Shown: piece by piece, positions 1 through 10,567 of the stretch | Layout: every line of letters begins with the position of its first letter | Numbering within the stretch: position 1 is the first letter of the stretch | DNA from: a virus | Taxonomy: Duplodnaviria > Caudoviricetes | Length of the DNA stretch: 55,423 nucleotides | Strand: one strand, 5' to 3' | Virus record (IMG/VR): IMGVR_UViG_3300048630_000485 | Coordinates: 1 to 55,423 of that record | Program-made: the position numbers and the translations under genes | Notes under the pieces: model-generated | Seen by the model: only the letters and a program-made list of their open reading frames with translations | Databases searched by the model: none | What the model was told of the DNA's origin: nothing

Positions 1-434
1 TGCTGTTCGTTCGCAAATGAACGCCAGGCTACGGGAGCGTCGAAACCGAGATTAGCGGCCGGATATCCTGCGAGCGCACTGTTGGAATTCCATTCCAGCA
101 CCGGCGTCGGGGTTACGATGAGGGCAGGGGCGTGCGTGATGGCAACCGGCGACGTGTTGCGATCCGCGGCGGGCAAAGTGCGAAACGCGGCCGTCGGCGA
201 CCAAGGCCCTTCGACGCCGTTATCCACCACGCGGGCTTGGGCGTAATACGTCGTGTCCGCATTGAAACGCTGGAACGTCGTTTGGGCGAGCGGCTGGTTT
301 CTGATGATGGGGCAGACGCAATTCTCCCAAGTCGGGAAAATTGAAAATTGAATATCGATGGACTGCCCCGGTTCCGGGTCGGCATAAGTGGCGCGGATCG
401 AGGTCGCCGTTACGTTATCAATTACGAGGTCCAT
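1..434 (-). CDS. Tail-associated protein with FN3-like N-terminus, truncated by window edge
   Basis: Not in ORF track (no stop in window). AGGAG then ATG at 434; reads MDLVIDNVTATSIRATY...YYAQARVVDNGVEGPWSPTAAFRT, open to position 1. Confidence 0.7.
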   Translation of the reverse strand, partial: MDLVIDNVTATSIRATYADPEPGQSIDIQFSIFPTWENCVCPIIRNQPLAQTTFQRFNADTTYYAQARVVDNGVEGPWSPTAAFRTLPAADRNTSPVAITHAPALIVTPTPVLEWNSNSALAGYPAANLGFDAPVAWRSFANEQ

Positions 435-462
435 CGAGCGCTCCTATCGCAGCGCGGGCCGT

Positions 463-840
463 CTATTCGATGACCTCGACACTGTATCTATCGCCGCCCG
501 CCTCATAGACCCAAGCGCGCGTCCTCGCCACCTTGTCGAGCGAACGCTTCTCATCGAGGATGCGAAAAGCCGGCACCTGGGGGGCAAGAGGAACAGTCGA
601 GCCAAAACCGAAATCTTCGTTGATTTCGATACCTTCGTGCAACGCGCTGATCTGCGAGAGCAAATCGAAGCGTTCGTTAAGCACGAGTTGGGCATCTGCC
701 GGATTGTCGAAAAACATTTCGAGCTCACCGGTGGCATCATCCCGCGCGTCGGGGTGATTGTCTCGGATGGCGAGATCCTCACGAGTGAGGGCAACGCCGT
801 CCGAGGTGAATTTTGCAATGTCGGCAGGCGTGGCCGTCAT
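463..840 (-). CDS. Hypothetical tail-module protein, 125 aa
   Basis: TAATG coupling to upstream gene; position in tail operon. Confidence 0.75.
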   Translation of the reverse strand: MTATPADIAKFTSDGVALTREDLAIRDNHPDARDDATGELEMFFDNPADAQLVLNERFDLLSQISALHEGIEINEDFGFGSTVPLAPQVPAFRILDEKRSLDKVARTRAWVYEAGGDRYSVEVIE

Positions 841-1265
841 TATTCAGGCGCCGGTTCCGCAGTCGGTTCGGCTGCGGCAGGTGCCGCTTCCGGGTCCATA
901 AAGCGATCAATCGGTTTGGGATCGTCGGCAGCGTCGGGCCAGCTGGTCCCAGCCGGTGCCGAAAAGCCGCGCATCCGGTTCATCGCCTGGTTAATCTTCT
1001 GGCCCCGGTCCTGCATCCCATGAAATCCGTTGACCGCTGCGAATTGCGCCATCTGCCCGAGAAGGTCGCGCCCCTCGTTCGAAAGCTCGCCTTTGACGGC
1101 GTAAAGCGCTTCGGTCGTGTTCACCAGCCGGTCGACCGGTGAGGGATGGTTGGAGGACTCGAGCAGGTGATCGATAGTGTGCTGGGGCAACGCCGATGCA
1201 TGGTTCATCATAAACTTCTGCAAATTCGAAAATATCTGCGCGAAAGATTCAACGGGCGGAATCAT
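840..1265 (-). CDS. Hypothetical protein, 141 aa
   Basis: AGGAGAG ribosome-binding site before ATG; co-oriented with tail genes. Confidence 0.75.
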   Translation of the reverse strand: MIPPVESFAQIFSNLQKFMMNHASALPQHTIDHLLESSNHPSPVDRLVNTTEALYAVKGELSNEGRDLLGQMAQFAAVNGFHGMQDRGQKINQAMNRMRGFSAPAGTSWPDAADDPKPIDRFMDPEAAPAAAEPTAEPAPE

Positions 1266-1325
1266 AGTGCTCTCCTGTGTTCGCCTGGCCTTATATCAAT
1301 GCCACTGGCGCGCGGATAGCCGCAG

Positions 1326-4300
1326 CTATGCGCTTAGAAAACTGCGTGTTGGATCGGTGTTCGCGTTTGGGCCGACCGATACGATGGCGCGAAAGTCGAT
1401 CGCCATGCTGGACGTGCTCGAATTGGTATATGTCTGCACCGCGTCGGCTACGCCCGGCTCACCGGATGCGTAATTTGTAGTCGCAGGATCTCCGAGGTTC
1501 ACCCAGCCTGCACCGCTATTGTATTGCAGCTGCACCGATGCCGTCCCATTTTGGCTCGCTGTCACGTAGATCGATGCTGTGACGGTATGGCCAGTGTTTC
1601 CCGCGACGGCGCGGGTGATGGCCTGGCTGTTGCCGGGCGCAATTTTTATTGTCGACGATGCTCGAGCGTTCGCGAGTTGTTGCGCGGCGTCGCTGTCTAG
1701 GTCGATCAGATTATTTGCTGTAGCGCCTTTCCCTTGACCAGCAATCGAGGACGCTACGCCTACCGACGTGATAACCAGCGTTTCGCTCACGATCGTCGTG
1801 CCGTCCGCGCGAGTTATCGTGGTTGTGTTGAGCGTGACGCTATTCAGGGTTGCGAGCGCGGCCTGACCCTGAAACGCCGCCGCAGTTCGGTTTTCCGTTT
1901 TGTTGGCGTTCACCTCACCCGGGCGCAGCCCTTCGCCACTGTTTCCGTCATCATAAAGCATGTAGGCCATTTTCGGGCGAACATTTGCCGTACCTCCGTT
2001 CGCGCCGGAGTCTATGAACATTGCGGGCAGATCATTAAGGTCGCTAAAAAAGTTGGCCGCATTTTTCGTCGCCAGAGCACCTTGTCCGAACACCGACGCC
2101 GCAGTTGCGTTTTGCGTGCGGTTGGCCCCTTCGGTTTCAGGAAAATACGTGTCGAGGTTCTTGTTACCGCTATTGTCGAAAACCTCGCCAGATTTCAGAT
2201 AGCCAGCAGGGAAGAAGGCCGTATTCTGCAAAGCACGCGGGCGGGTCGATTCCACAACATCGCTCCACGATCCTGACGTGGCTATAGCCTTCTGCCCCGT
2301 TATGGCCGACGCAATGCCTTGCGAGGTTTTGAAATTGGCGAGCGTGGCGCTAGATCCGCCCGCAGCTTCCAAAAGATGCGGCGATCCGAAGACTAGGTTA
2401 GGAAGCGTCGCGAGAATGTCGAAGCCCGATAGAAGCGGAGAACCGTATGCGGCTTGATTGATAGTGGCGAACGCACCCTGCCCCGAGATCGAGGATGCGA
2501 TACCTTCCGAAGTCTTAAAATTCGGAAGTGTGGCCTGCGCACCGCCGCTCGTTTCTCGCACAAACGTCGATCCGAAATAAACATCGGAGCGAGGGGCCAG
2601 CTCGCCGAACCCGGTTAGCAACGCCGATCCGTAGGCTGCGCTCGATACTGTTGCGAAAGTTCCTTGGCCAGCGATGCTCGAAGCGACGCCGAGCGAGGTT
2701 TTGAAGTTTTCGAGCGTAACGACACTACCCCCGTCAGTCTCGCGCACCAGGGTCGATCCGAAATAGACGCTTTCCAACGTGGCTAACCCGCCTTGGCCGG
2801 TAAAAGCCGCCGCAACGCGGTTCTCGGTAATGTTCGCGCCGAATTCGCCGGGCCTTAGATTTTCCCCGGTCAGCCCATTATCGTAATTGAAATACGCAAG
2901 TCGGGGGCGAACATTGGGTGTTCCGGCGTTAGTTGCGCCATCAATAAAAAGCGAAGGGATGCCAGAAAGATCGCCGAAAAAGTCGGCGGCGCTCTTGGAT
3001 GCCAACGCTCCCTGACCTTGGAAACCCGACGCGATCCCAAGTGCGGTTTTGAATGCATCGATGGTCGCGCCTACCCCTCCAGGCTGCTCGAGCAAGTAGG
3101 GCGAACCGAACGCGAGGTTCGGAAGCGTGGCGAGGATATTGAAGCCCGAAAGAAGCGGCGAGCCGTAAGCCAGATCGGAGATCGTGGCGAACGGTCCTTG
3201 GCCAAAGAAACCAGCCGAAACATTGCCGGCCGTTGTGTCGGCACCAAGCTCTGCCGGTTTAAGGTTCTCGATCGGTGTGCCGTCGCCATAAACCAGATCG
3301 CTCGCTGTCGCGGGCGGCGTCAGGCTTTGCCAATATGCGTTCGCACTGCCGGTCCCGGTGTACGGCGGCGGCGCATTACCAGCCGTCGCGTCATCGGCGA
3401 TATAGAGCCAGCTGCTCTTGTCGGACAGCCAGACGTAATTTCCGGTGCGATAGGTCGTGGTCGGATTATATAGCCCGCGATCAATGATATCGTCTGCGTA
3501 ATTCACCTGGTCGAAGGTCAGCGTATTCGCCGGGCGCGCGGCGCGAGCGCGGAGCTTCCAAACCGGCGACACCGGCGCAGCGCTCGACCAGCCGATGACG
3601 CGAGGGAGCTGCGAGCCGCTGCGATCGAGCGTAGCGACAGGAGCGCCGCGCGTGCCGCGCGTGACCGTGATGAGACCTTGCGGAGTGACGATCGGCGTCG
3701 CGTTACCGCTCGCGGCCAATGCCTCAATCACCGCCTTGCAATCGCGCTGATCCTTGACCCACAGGCTGACAGGGTAGGGCAAGGTGGCATCGAGCGCGTC
3801 GAAAGCAGCCTTGTCGATTTTCGCGGCTGGGACGCTCCGGTGGGCCGTCAGAACGCGACGCATGAGAATTCCGAGGCGATCGGCGCCAAACTGTGCGTTG
3901 ACGCCTATTGGCTTCACAGGCGGCGCTCCCAGCCCCACCAACCCCTCGGCGAAGCAGGTGCCCCATCTGCCAGGCGCAATGCTTTTGTCATCGATCGCTG
4001 CAGCCAAAGCGGCGTAGCTCGGATAATCCGCCACCACCGCGCCCATATCGCTCGCTCCTTCCATCAGGCGCGTAATCGCGATCGTGTTGTTGTAGCCGTC
4101 GATTGCGCCGATCCAGCGCGTTTTATCGAACCAAACCGGTTCGATGTTCTCTTTCGCGCCGAACCCGGCCGGCCAGAGCGTGCCGCGCATTTCGGGTTCG
4201 CCCTCAATCCCGCCGCCACCGCTGAATTCGCGCGTTAGTAGCGGACCCTCCATCAGCGATATCGAGACCGTGCATGTCAGCGATATTGTCATCCCGTCGA

Positions 4301-4670
4301 GGTCGAGGCGTTGCGCCGTGACCTCACCGGTGAATTCGACAAAGCGTTTCGACCACGCCAGCTCATTGCAGGACCATAGTGTGATCGGTGCGCCGATCCA
4401 TTTCAGGGCTGTCGGTGCAACCGATGTGCCGAGATTGTCGAGGCCAATTTTGATCGTCATGCGCCCGGCCTGCACCTTGCCGTCGAGGTCGATCGACATG
4501 AGCTCGACGGTAATTTGTGGCCGCTCGAGAATGGCAGGCGTCCACGGCTGGCCGTCCATGCCGTAGATTTCGGCGTTGGGCCCGTTGGCGATGCGAATAG
4601 GAACGCGGCTCGACGTGTCGAGGCGCCAAGGTTCGATAAGAGAGAGGAGCGGTTTCATGGCCGCAGTCAT
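1326..4670 (-). CDS. Tail hub/fibre protein with internal GQG-x-x-AT repeats, 1114 aa
   Basis: Directly follows tape measure; Gly/Ala/Ser/Thr-rich repeated modules in the C-terminal half. Confidence 0.8.
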   Translation of the reverse strand: MTAAMKPLLSLIEPWRLDTSSRVPIRIANGPNAEIYGMDGQPWTPAILERPQITVELMSIDLDGKVQAGRMTIKIGLDNLGTSVAPTALKWIGAPITLWSCNELAWSKRFVEFTGEVTAQRLDLDGMTISLTCTVSISLMEGPLLTREFSGGGGIEGEPEMRGTLWPAGFGAKENIEPVWFDKTRWIGAIDGYNNTIAITRLMEGASDMGAVVADYPSYAALAAAIDDKSIAPGRWGTCFAEGLVGLGAPPVKPIGVNAQFGADRLGILMRRVLTAHRSVPAAKIDKAAFDALDATLPYPVSLWVKDQRDCKAVIEALAASGNATPIVTPQGLITVTRGTRGAPVATLDRSGSQLPRVIGWSSAAPVSPVWKLRARAARPANTLTFDQVNYADDIIDRGLYNPTTTYRTGNYVWLSDKSSWLYIADDATAGNAPPPYTGTGSANAYWQSLTPPATASDLVYGDGTPIENLKPAELGADTTAGNVSAGFFGQGPFATISDLAYGSPLLSGFNILATLPNLAFGSPYLLEQPGGVGATIDAFKTALGIASGFQGQGALASKSAADFFGDLSGIPSLFIDGATNAGTPNVRPRLAYFNYDNGLTGENLRPGEFGANITENRVAAAFTGQGGLATLESVYFGSTLVRETDGGSVVTLENFKTSLGVASSIAGQGTFATVSSAAYGSALLTGFGELAPRSDVYFGSTFVRETSGGAQATLPNFKTSEGIASSISGQGAFATINQAAYGSPLLSGFDILATLPNLVFGSPHLLEAAGGSSATLANFKTSQGIASAITGQKAIATSGSWSDVVESTRPRALQNTAFFPAGYLKSGEVFDNSGNKNLDTYFPETEGANRTQNATAASVFGQGALATKNAANFFSDLNDLPAMFIDSGANGGTANVRPKMAYMLYDDGNSGEGLRPGEVNANKTENRTAAAFQGQAALATLNSVTLNTTTITRADGTTIVSETLVITSVGVASSIAGQGKGATANNLIDLDSDAAQQLANARASSTIKIAPGNSQAITRAVAGNTGHTVTASIYVTASQNGTASVQLQYNSGAGWVNLGDPATTNYASGEPGVADAVQTYTNSSTSSMAIDFRAIVSVGPNANTDPTRSFLSA
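1700..3300 (-). repeat. Protein-level modular repeats in tail protein (9 GQG-type motifs); bounds approximate
   Basis: GFFGQGPFAT, GFQGQGALAS, AFTGQGGLAT, SIAGQGTFAT, SISGQGAFAT, AITGQKAIAT, SVFGQGALAT, AFQGQAALAT, SIAGQGKGAT; duplicated blocks such as AYGSPLLSGF(N/D)ILATLPNL. Confidence 0.85.
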
Positions 4671-4700
4671 ACCGGAGGACCGCGGCCATGCCCATACGGG

Positions 4701-7700
4701 TCAGAACACGTTGCGTTCTTGGATCATTCCGCCGCGCGCACCCTCGTTGATCGAAAAACCGGGCAGGGCCCCGATCGAGCTGCCTTGGCCTGCACCACCA
4801 CCGGTCAGGCCGTCGCGGATCTGGCCGAGCAAATCCGCCAGGATATCGGTCTGATTATCGATCGAATTCCCGACGCCCTTATACTGATCGAGCAGCGCTT
4901 TGACCGTGCTGTCGGTTTCGAACGGCGATGCCGGCAAGGTGCTGTTGCCAGCCGCATCGGTGCCGCCCGCCGTCGCATTGTCGCGCGCCTTGCCGAGCAG
5001 CTCGTAGAGCATATCGAAATCAGAGAAGAAGCTCTGGTTCGATCCATTGAGGTTCCGGCTCGCGTCCTGAAAATTCTGCGCCGCCGACACGAGTTTATTC
5101 TGGTCGACCACCTTGCCCGAATTCACCTCGGCGGCGAGCTCCTGCAAAGTGTCCTGCGCATTCTCGTAGACCGTGCGCTTGTTGAGCGGCGAGCTGCTTG
5201 AGCTCGTCATGCTCTCCATGAAATCGGAGATTGCGCTCACCGCGTTCTGCGTCGCGGATTCGATCGCATCGGCACGCTCGAGGTCGTAGAGCTGCGCAGC
5301 CTCGGCGAATTGCTCCGCCGTGGCGCCGCCTTCCTTGAGATAGCTGATGAGCTTCGAGAATTCGCTGTTGAGCTCTTGCACGGCGTATCGAACCGGATCG
5401 GTCTTGGCGAGCAACCGCTTGGGAATGCTCTCGATCGCCACCACCTTCTCGATCGCTTTCTGCAAGTCTTTCCCCGATCGCAGGATGCGTTGCGAGGCCT
5501 GGCTGATGCCCATTATGGCACCATCGCCCACCGCATCGGCGACGGCCGCCGCGATCGCCGCCTCGGCATCTTCGCCGAAGTCCTGCAGCCCGATCGCCGA
5601 GCTGCCTTTGAAATTGAGCTTGTTGCCTGCATATCCCGTGGTCGAGACGCGGTAATTACCCTTGTATTGGCCGATCGAGGTCCGGAACGATCCGACGGTT
5701 CCGCCTACCGCGTCAGCGATTTGAGCGAGCTGCGACAGAACGGAGTCGCCCAGGCCGCCAGCCGTCTTGCGATAATCACCATCGTTGCCCGCCACGCTCA
5801 CGCCGTCGGGCCCGGTCAGCAGCGCGGTGCCGTACTTCTTTTTCTTGAGGAGGCCGCCGATCGTGCCGCCGATGAGCCCGCCGATGATTTGGCCGCCGGG
5901 GATGGGCAGGAAGCTTCCGATCGCACCACCGATCCCCGCACCGGTGCTTGATTGCTGGATGCCGAGCAGCCCGCCAACCGCGCCCGATGCAGCCATACCG
6001 ACGCCCGCGCCCTCGAGCGCGTCGCCGAACGATTTCCCGATGCCTTTGAAAAACGTAGTGCCGAGCGCCTTGTCGAGGTTCTCTCCGACCGCTTCGCCGA
6101 TCGCCTTGAATCCAACGTCGGCATTCGGCGTCGTCGTGCGCTGCGGAACGCTGGATTTCTTGGTCCGGCTGCCGCTCACCACGATTACCGGATTGCCGTT
6201 CTCATCCAGCTCGGCACCGGCACCAGATCCGCCGTTGGCGGTTCCGAACACCTCATCGAACGCCTTGTTGAAAGCTGAATTTCCGCTCTGGTCGTTCCCG
6301 CCCTGGATATCGCCAGCCGCGCCAAGCGCAGCGGCGCCCAGCTCACGGATCGCTTCGGCAGTCGTTCGGCTATCGGTCGATAGCGTTTCGAATTCGCTGC
6401 CGGTGTCCTTCGCGTGCTTGGCGAGGAATTCGTATGCCGCATCGACACCGGTTTTCTGGCCGCCGACCAGATCCTTGAGCTTCTGCTCCGCTCCGGCAAA
6501 CAGCGTTTCAGTGATCCGGCGGGCGTAAATCTGCCGCACCTGGTTCGATAGGCCCTTGAAGAATTCCTTGCCGGCCGCCGGGCCTTTCTCCGGAAGGTCC
6601 ATCAGGAATTGTTCGGTCAGCTCTTTCGTGCGCTGCACACTCGAAAGAATTGGCTCCATCAGCGCTTGGCGATCGGCCAGAAGGCCGTTGATCCGCTCCT
6701 GCTCCATCGCCTGATCCACGAGCGTCTCGAATTCGTCTTGCGACAGCGCGCCCATGCGATCCTGTATCGACAGGGCGCGCTCGAGCGCATCGGCCACAAT
6801 GTCGTACCCCTGCAGGCGCAAGCTCGACACTTCGGCGAAGCGCTCCGCCTCATCAGCCGCGTCGCGGAGCGGCTGGCGCACGCCTTCCAGAATTCGCCGC
6901 TGATCCTCGGCGGCTTGCTCCGCGCTGTAGATCACAAGTTCCCCGTCGGTGTTCTCGATCAGGGAGTCGACCATGCCCCAGAGCTTATCGATTTGCTGCG
7001 CGGCTTTGGTCAGCGCCTTGGGCTGGTCGAGATACTCATCGAGGATGCCACGCCGTGTTTCGCCCTGTTTCTCGGCGAGCTTCTGCATTTCGCGGGTGTC
7101 GCGGATCATCTGCGCCACAGCCTTCGACGTATTCACCGCAGCGGCGTCGGTCGCCTCAATCTCTGCGTCGTACGTTTCGAGGAGCTTGATGCGCTCGGCG
7201 TAGAATGCGGCCTGGGTCAGCTGTGGCTTGCGCTGCTCTAGGTCGAGCAGGCCAGCCGCGAGGCGGGATTGCGCCAGCTCCTTGTTGTCGCGGATCTCTT
7301 GCCGTGCCGCCGCCGCCCTCTCACGAGCGCTTGCGGTGCGGGCCTTCGCCGCGGCGCGTGCACCCTCTACCTCCGCGTTGTAGGCTCGCTCGATTTCAGC
7401 GACGCGCGTGCGATACTCTTCGGCTTTCGCGCCAGGCACCTTGCCATTGGCAACGCCGAGCTCTTCGTTGAGCTGCCGCAGCGCTTCCTTCCGTCGAACG
7501 CCCGCGGCCTTAATCGCGCTGGTGCCGCTATCGAGAGCATCCGCAGCGGCTTGCGTGCGCAGGCTCGCGGCACTTACCGGCGCTTGAGGGTTGGCGCGCT
7601 CCTCGGCATTGCGGCGCTGCGCCTCCTGAATTTCCTTCTCGATTTCCTGCTGATCTTCGAGCGCCTCGCGCAGCGCATCATTCGTCAGCTGGTAGGCGAT

Positions 7701-9827
7701 CGCGCTATTATCGAAGCCGGAACGGGTCGTGTCGGGACCGACCTTGAACAAGCCGAGGTCGAGCGGTCCCTTGAAAAGCTCCGGGCGCCGCTTGGCAAAC
7801 TTCTGCAGCTCGCTATTGAGCTTGCCGACATTGGCAGTGCCCTTTTCGACCGCATCGGCCCACTTGAGCAGCGCATCACGATCCCCGCCGGGGCCCGCCA
7901 TAAACGCGACCTGGCGAATACGGCCGGCATATTCCTCGCGGTTCTCGCCCGCCTTTTCCTTCGCTTCGGCCACGGCCTTGCGCCCCATGGCGCGCGCGAT
8001 TTCGTAATAGCTCTGGGCGAGCTGGTGATTGGCGCCGGCCAGACCGATCGCTTTTTTCGCTGCATCCACCGTCTCGGCCGAGAACGATTCAAGCGTCCGC
8101 TCCGCCGCGCTGGTCTGCGATGCCATCGCGATGATCGCAGAGGTGGCGATGCCGATTGCGATGCCGAGCGGATTGACGGCGCTCCACGCATTACGCAGCG
8201 CGGTGCGGAAGATCCCCATGCGGCCCTCCGCTACGCGGGTGGCGCGGCTCAATCTGGTCTTTGCCACCTCTAGGCGTCGCTCTGCGGCGGCAAGAGAGTC
8301 TGCCGTCGCCACACCCTGCCGGTTCGCGTTGTTGAGCGCTTGCTGCGCCGCGACCTGTTCTCGCAAAGCCGCCTTGATTTGTGCGCTGTTTGCGGTGGGA
8401 TCGGATCGCGTCCTGCGTGTATCACTCTCTGCGGCGCGACGGCGGCGCTCTAGAAGCGCAATTTCCTCGCGAAGCTCGGCTTGCTGCGCATTCATTCCGG
8501 CGATTGCGCGCTGGGTAAAGGCAACTTGAGCCTTCGATTCAGCGACACGGTTTTGCGCCATAGATCGCATTTGCTTATTGAGTTCGACGCTTCGCGCTAT
8601 GCTTGCCTGCAAGCCTTGCGCAAAACCCGCCAGTTTGATCGAGGCAAACCCCACACCGACGCCCACCGCGCCAGCCGCCAGCACGTCCATTACGCTCGCC
8701 AGCGAGCCGAACAGCTGGCCGAGGCGGCTGGTCAAACCGATCGCCTCATCGAACCGGCCGATCATCAGTGTGAAGCTATTGCCGACTTCGGTAAGGCCCT
8801 GCCCCAAGGTTTTCGGCATCCGTTCGAACCGGGCGTCGACTTCGCGCGCTGAATTTTCGAGGGCTTGCACCACCACCTCGCCGGTGAGCTTGCCCTCTGC
8901 CGCGATTTCGCGAAGCGAGCCGATCGTGGTCGTTTCAAACCCTTCGATCTCGCGCGCGCCCTTGGCGATCATCTGGCCCAGCACGTTCGCGTTCTCGAGC
9001 ACGGAGCGCAATTCTTCGCCGCCGAGCCGATCGGATGCGAGCGCCTGACCAAACTGATAGATGGCTGCGCCCTGGCTGGTCCGCTCACCACCCGACAGCA
9101 CGGCAGACTTGATGACGGTTTCGGCGAGCTTGGCCGCCCGCTCTTGGCTGACATTGAGCTGGTCCGCGGCCTGGCTGATCTTCACATAGGTTTCGCCCAC
9201 CGCAGCGAGTTCGCCGCGCGCCCGGCTCGCAATGCCGGCGATGTTGTTCATCGCACGGTTCACGTCCTCCTGCGTGTCGTAGGCACCGCGCAGGCGCGAG
9301 GTCAGCTGGCTATACTGATTGCCGACCGAGCCGATGACGAACAGCGATGACGCCACACCGGCGAGGCCCAGCCGAAACCCGGTCAGCTCGGTCAAAGCGG
9401 TCGAGAGAGCGGAGACACGGCCGGCCAAGGGACCGAGAGGCCCCTGGACGACATTGAGCGACGTAGAGACGGCAGAGAGGCCGCTGGCGAGCCGTCGGCT
9501 TTGCGCGTCGGCCTGCTTCATGGAAGTGCGCTGGCGATCGAAACCGCGCGACACAGTGCGCGTCGAGGCTTCGACTTTGCGGTTCACTTGCTCGATCGCG
9601 CGCATCGATGCCGCTTGGCGCGCAAGGCCCGCTGTGTTGCCGATCCCGGTCCCGCCGGTGCCACGGCCCCCGACAAGCCCAGATCCCGCACGGCTGGCCT
9701 TCTCCGCGGCGCGAGCGATGTTGTCGTAGCTCTTCGTCGCTATCTGCTCGTAGCGCCGCCACACCTGGTCGACGTTCGACGGCAATTCTGCGTTGATGTA
9801 GCTGGTGAAGGTCGAGGCTTTTATCAC
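4701..9827 (-). CDS. Tail tape measure protein, 1708 aa
   Basis: Long Ala-rich helical protein with tape-measure motif AIYQFGQALASDRLGGEELRSVLEN and Gly-rich hydrophobic segments. Confidence 0.93.
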   Translation of the reverse strand: MIKASTFTSYINAELPSNVDQVWRRYEQIATKSYDNIARAAEKASRAGSGLVGGRGTGGTGIGNTAGLARQAASMRAIEQVNRKVEASTRTVSRGFDRQRTSMKQADAQSRRLASGLSAVSTSLNVVQGPLGPLAGRVSALSTALTELTGFRLGLAGVASSLFVIGSVGNQYSQLTSRLRGAYDTQEDVNRAMNNIAGIASRARGELAAVGETYVKISQAADQLNVSQERAAKLAETVIKSAVLSGGERTSQGAAIYQFGQALASDRLGGEELRSVLENANVLGQMIAKGAREIEGFETTTIGSLREIAAEGKLTGEVVVQALENSAREVDARFERMPKTLGQGLTEVGNSFTLMIGRFDEAIGLTSRLGQLFGSLASVMDVLAAGAVGVGVGFASIKLAGFAQGLQASIARSVELNKQMRSMAQNRVAESKAQVAFTQRAIAGMNAQQAELREEIALLERRRRAAESDTRRTRSDPTANSAQIKAALREQVAAQQALNNANRQGVATADSLAAAERRLEVAKTRLSRATRVAEGRMGIFRTALRNAWSAVNPLGIAIGIATSAIIAMASQTSAAERTLESFSAETVDAAKKAIGLAGANHQLAQSYYEIARAMGRKAVAEAKEKAGENREEYAGRIRQVAFMAGPGGDRDALLKWADAVEKGTANVGKLNSELQKFAKRRPELFKGPLDLGLFKVGPDTTRSGFDNSAIAYQLTNDALREALEDQQEIEKEIQEAQRRNAEERANPQAPVSAASLRTQAAADALDSGTSAIKAAGVRRKEALRQLNEELGVANGKVPGAKAEEYRTRVAEIERAYNAEVEGARAAAKARTASARERAAAARQEIRDNKELAQSRLAAGLLDLEQRKPQLTQAAFYAERIKLLETYDAEIEATDAAAVNTSKAVAQMIRDTREMQKLAEKQGETRRGILDEYLDQPKALTKAAQQIDKLWGMVDSLIENTDGELVIYSAEQAAEDQRRILEGVRQPLRDAADEAERFAEVSSLRLQGYDIVADALERALSIQDRMGALSQDEFETLVDQAMEQERINGLLADRQALMEPILSSVQRTKELTEQFLMDLPEKGPAAGKEFFKGLSNQVRQIYARRITETLFAGAEQKLKDLVGGQKTGVDAAYEFLAKHAKDTGSEFETLSTDSRTTAEAIRELGAAALGAAGDIQGGNDQSGNSAFNKAFDEVFGTANGGSGAGAELDENGNPVIVVSGSRTKKSSVPQRTTTPNADVGFKAIGEAVGENLDKALGTTFFKGIGKSFGDALEGAGVGMAASGAVGGLLGIQQSSTGAGIGGAIGSFLPIPGGQIIGGLIGGTIGGLLKKKKYGTALLTGPDGVSVAGNDGDYRKTAGGLGDSVLSQLAQIADAVGGTVGSFRTSIGQYKGNYRVSTTGYAGNKLNFKGSSAIGLQDFGEDAEAAIAAAVADAVGDGAIMGISQASQRILRSGKDLQKAIEKVVAIESIPKRLLAKTDPVRYAVQELNSEFSKLISYLKEGGATAEQFAEAAQLYDLERADAIESATQNAVSAISDFMESMTSSSSSPLNKRTVYENAQDTLQELAAEVNSGKVVDQNKLVSAAQNFQDASRNLNGSNQSFFSDFDMLYELLGKARDNATAGGTDAAGNSTLPASPFETDSTVKALLDQYKGVGNSIDNQTDILADLLGQIRDGLTGGGAGQGSSIGALPGFSINEGARGGMIQERNVF

Positions 9828-9880
9828 GTCGCCGGGCTCCTATCTGGCCCGAGTGCTTTACCCCATGCCGCAGCGATCGG

Positions 9881-10567
9881 CTAGGACGGCAAAAGCTGCT
9901 CCATTTCGTAGGCCAGCCGATCGGGCATAGTGCGCGCGACCTTGAACACCACCCGGTCCTTGTTGAAGCGCATCGCGCGTCGCGTGACTTTAATGAGCAC
10001 GAACGCCACCACCTCTTTCGCCGGTACGCGGGTGCGGACCCGGCCCGGCCCGGCGCGCTTGGCCCGATGCGTTCGGGGATGCAGCGTCACTTTCCGGATC
10101 ATCAGGAAGGCGAGGTTCGGTTTGACCTGGACGAATTGCAGCTGCCCGATGCGCGTCACCAGGCCGGATTTCTTGTAAAGCTCGGGCGTAATCTTCCGGC
10201 GATTGATGGTGCGCGGCACCGCGTTGGTCGGAAATGCCAGCCAGTTCCGCCGCCGGGCGCGGATCGTGGCGCCGCGGGTGTAGCTTTGCAGCGCTTGCCC
10301 GGCTCGGCTTTCGTCGCCGCCCTTCACGAATGTCGCGCCGTATGGCGTGCGGGGCTTCTGACCTTTGCGCTGCGAGCTGGTCTGGCCCACTGCTCCGGCC
10401 AGCCGGCCGAGGCCTACACCGGTGATCTTGGCTTTCAGCGCTGTGCGCGCGTCTTGGCTCGCGCCATTCGTCGCGCGCTGCGCCGCGGTGTAGAGCGCCT
10501 TATTGTGGCGCTTACGATCCGCGGCGAGCTTGGACCTGATAGGGGGAGGGCGGTGAATATGCTTCAC
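9881..10567 (-). CDS. Basic neck/tail-completion-type protein (DUF6441-like)
   Basis: GGAGGAGG upstream; GTG at 10567 overlaps stop of the frameshifted chaperone (GTGA); motif GATIRARRRNWLAFPT. Confidence 0.65.
   Translation of the reverse strand: MKHIHRPPPIRSKLAADRKRHNKALYTAAQRATNGASQDARTALKAKITGVGLGRLAGAVGQTSSQRKGQKPRTPYGATFVKGGDESRAGQALQSYTRGATIRARRRNWLAFPTNAVPRTINRRKITPELYKKSGLVTRIGQLQFVQVKPNLAFLMIRKVTLHPRTHRAKRAGPGRVRTRVPAKEVVAFVLIKVTRRAMRFNKDRVVFKVARTMPDRLAYEMEQLLPS

Noticed and set aside
1326-4670. Diversity-generating retroelement or invertible tail cassette
   Set aside because: No reverse transcriptase or invertase seen, and repeat differences are not adenine-specific
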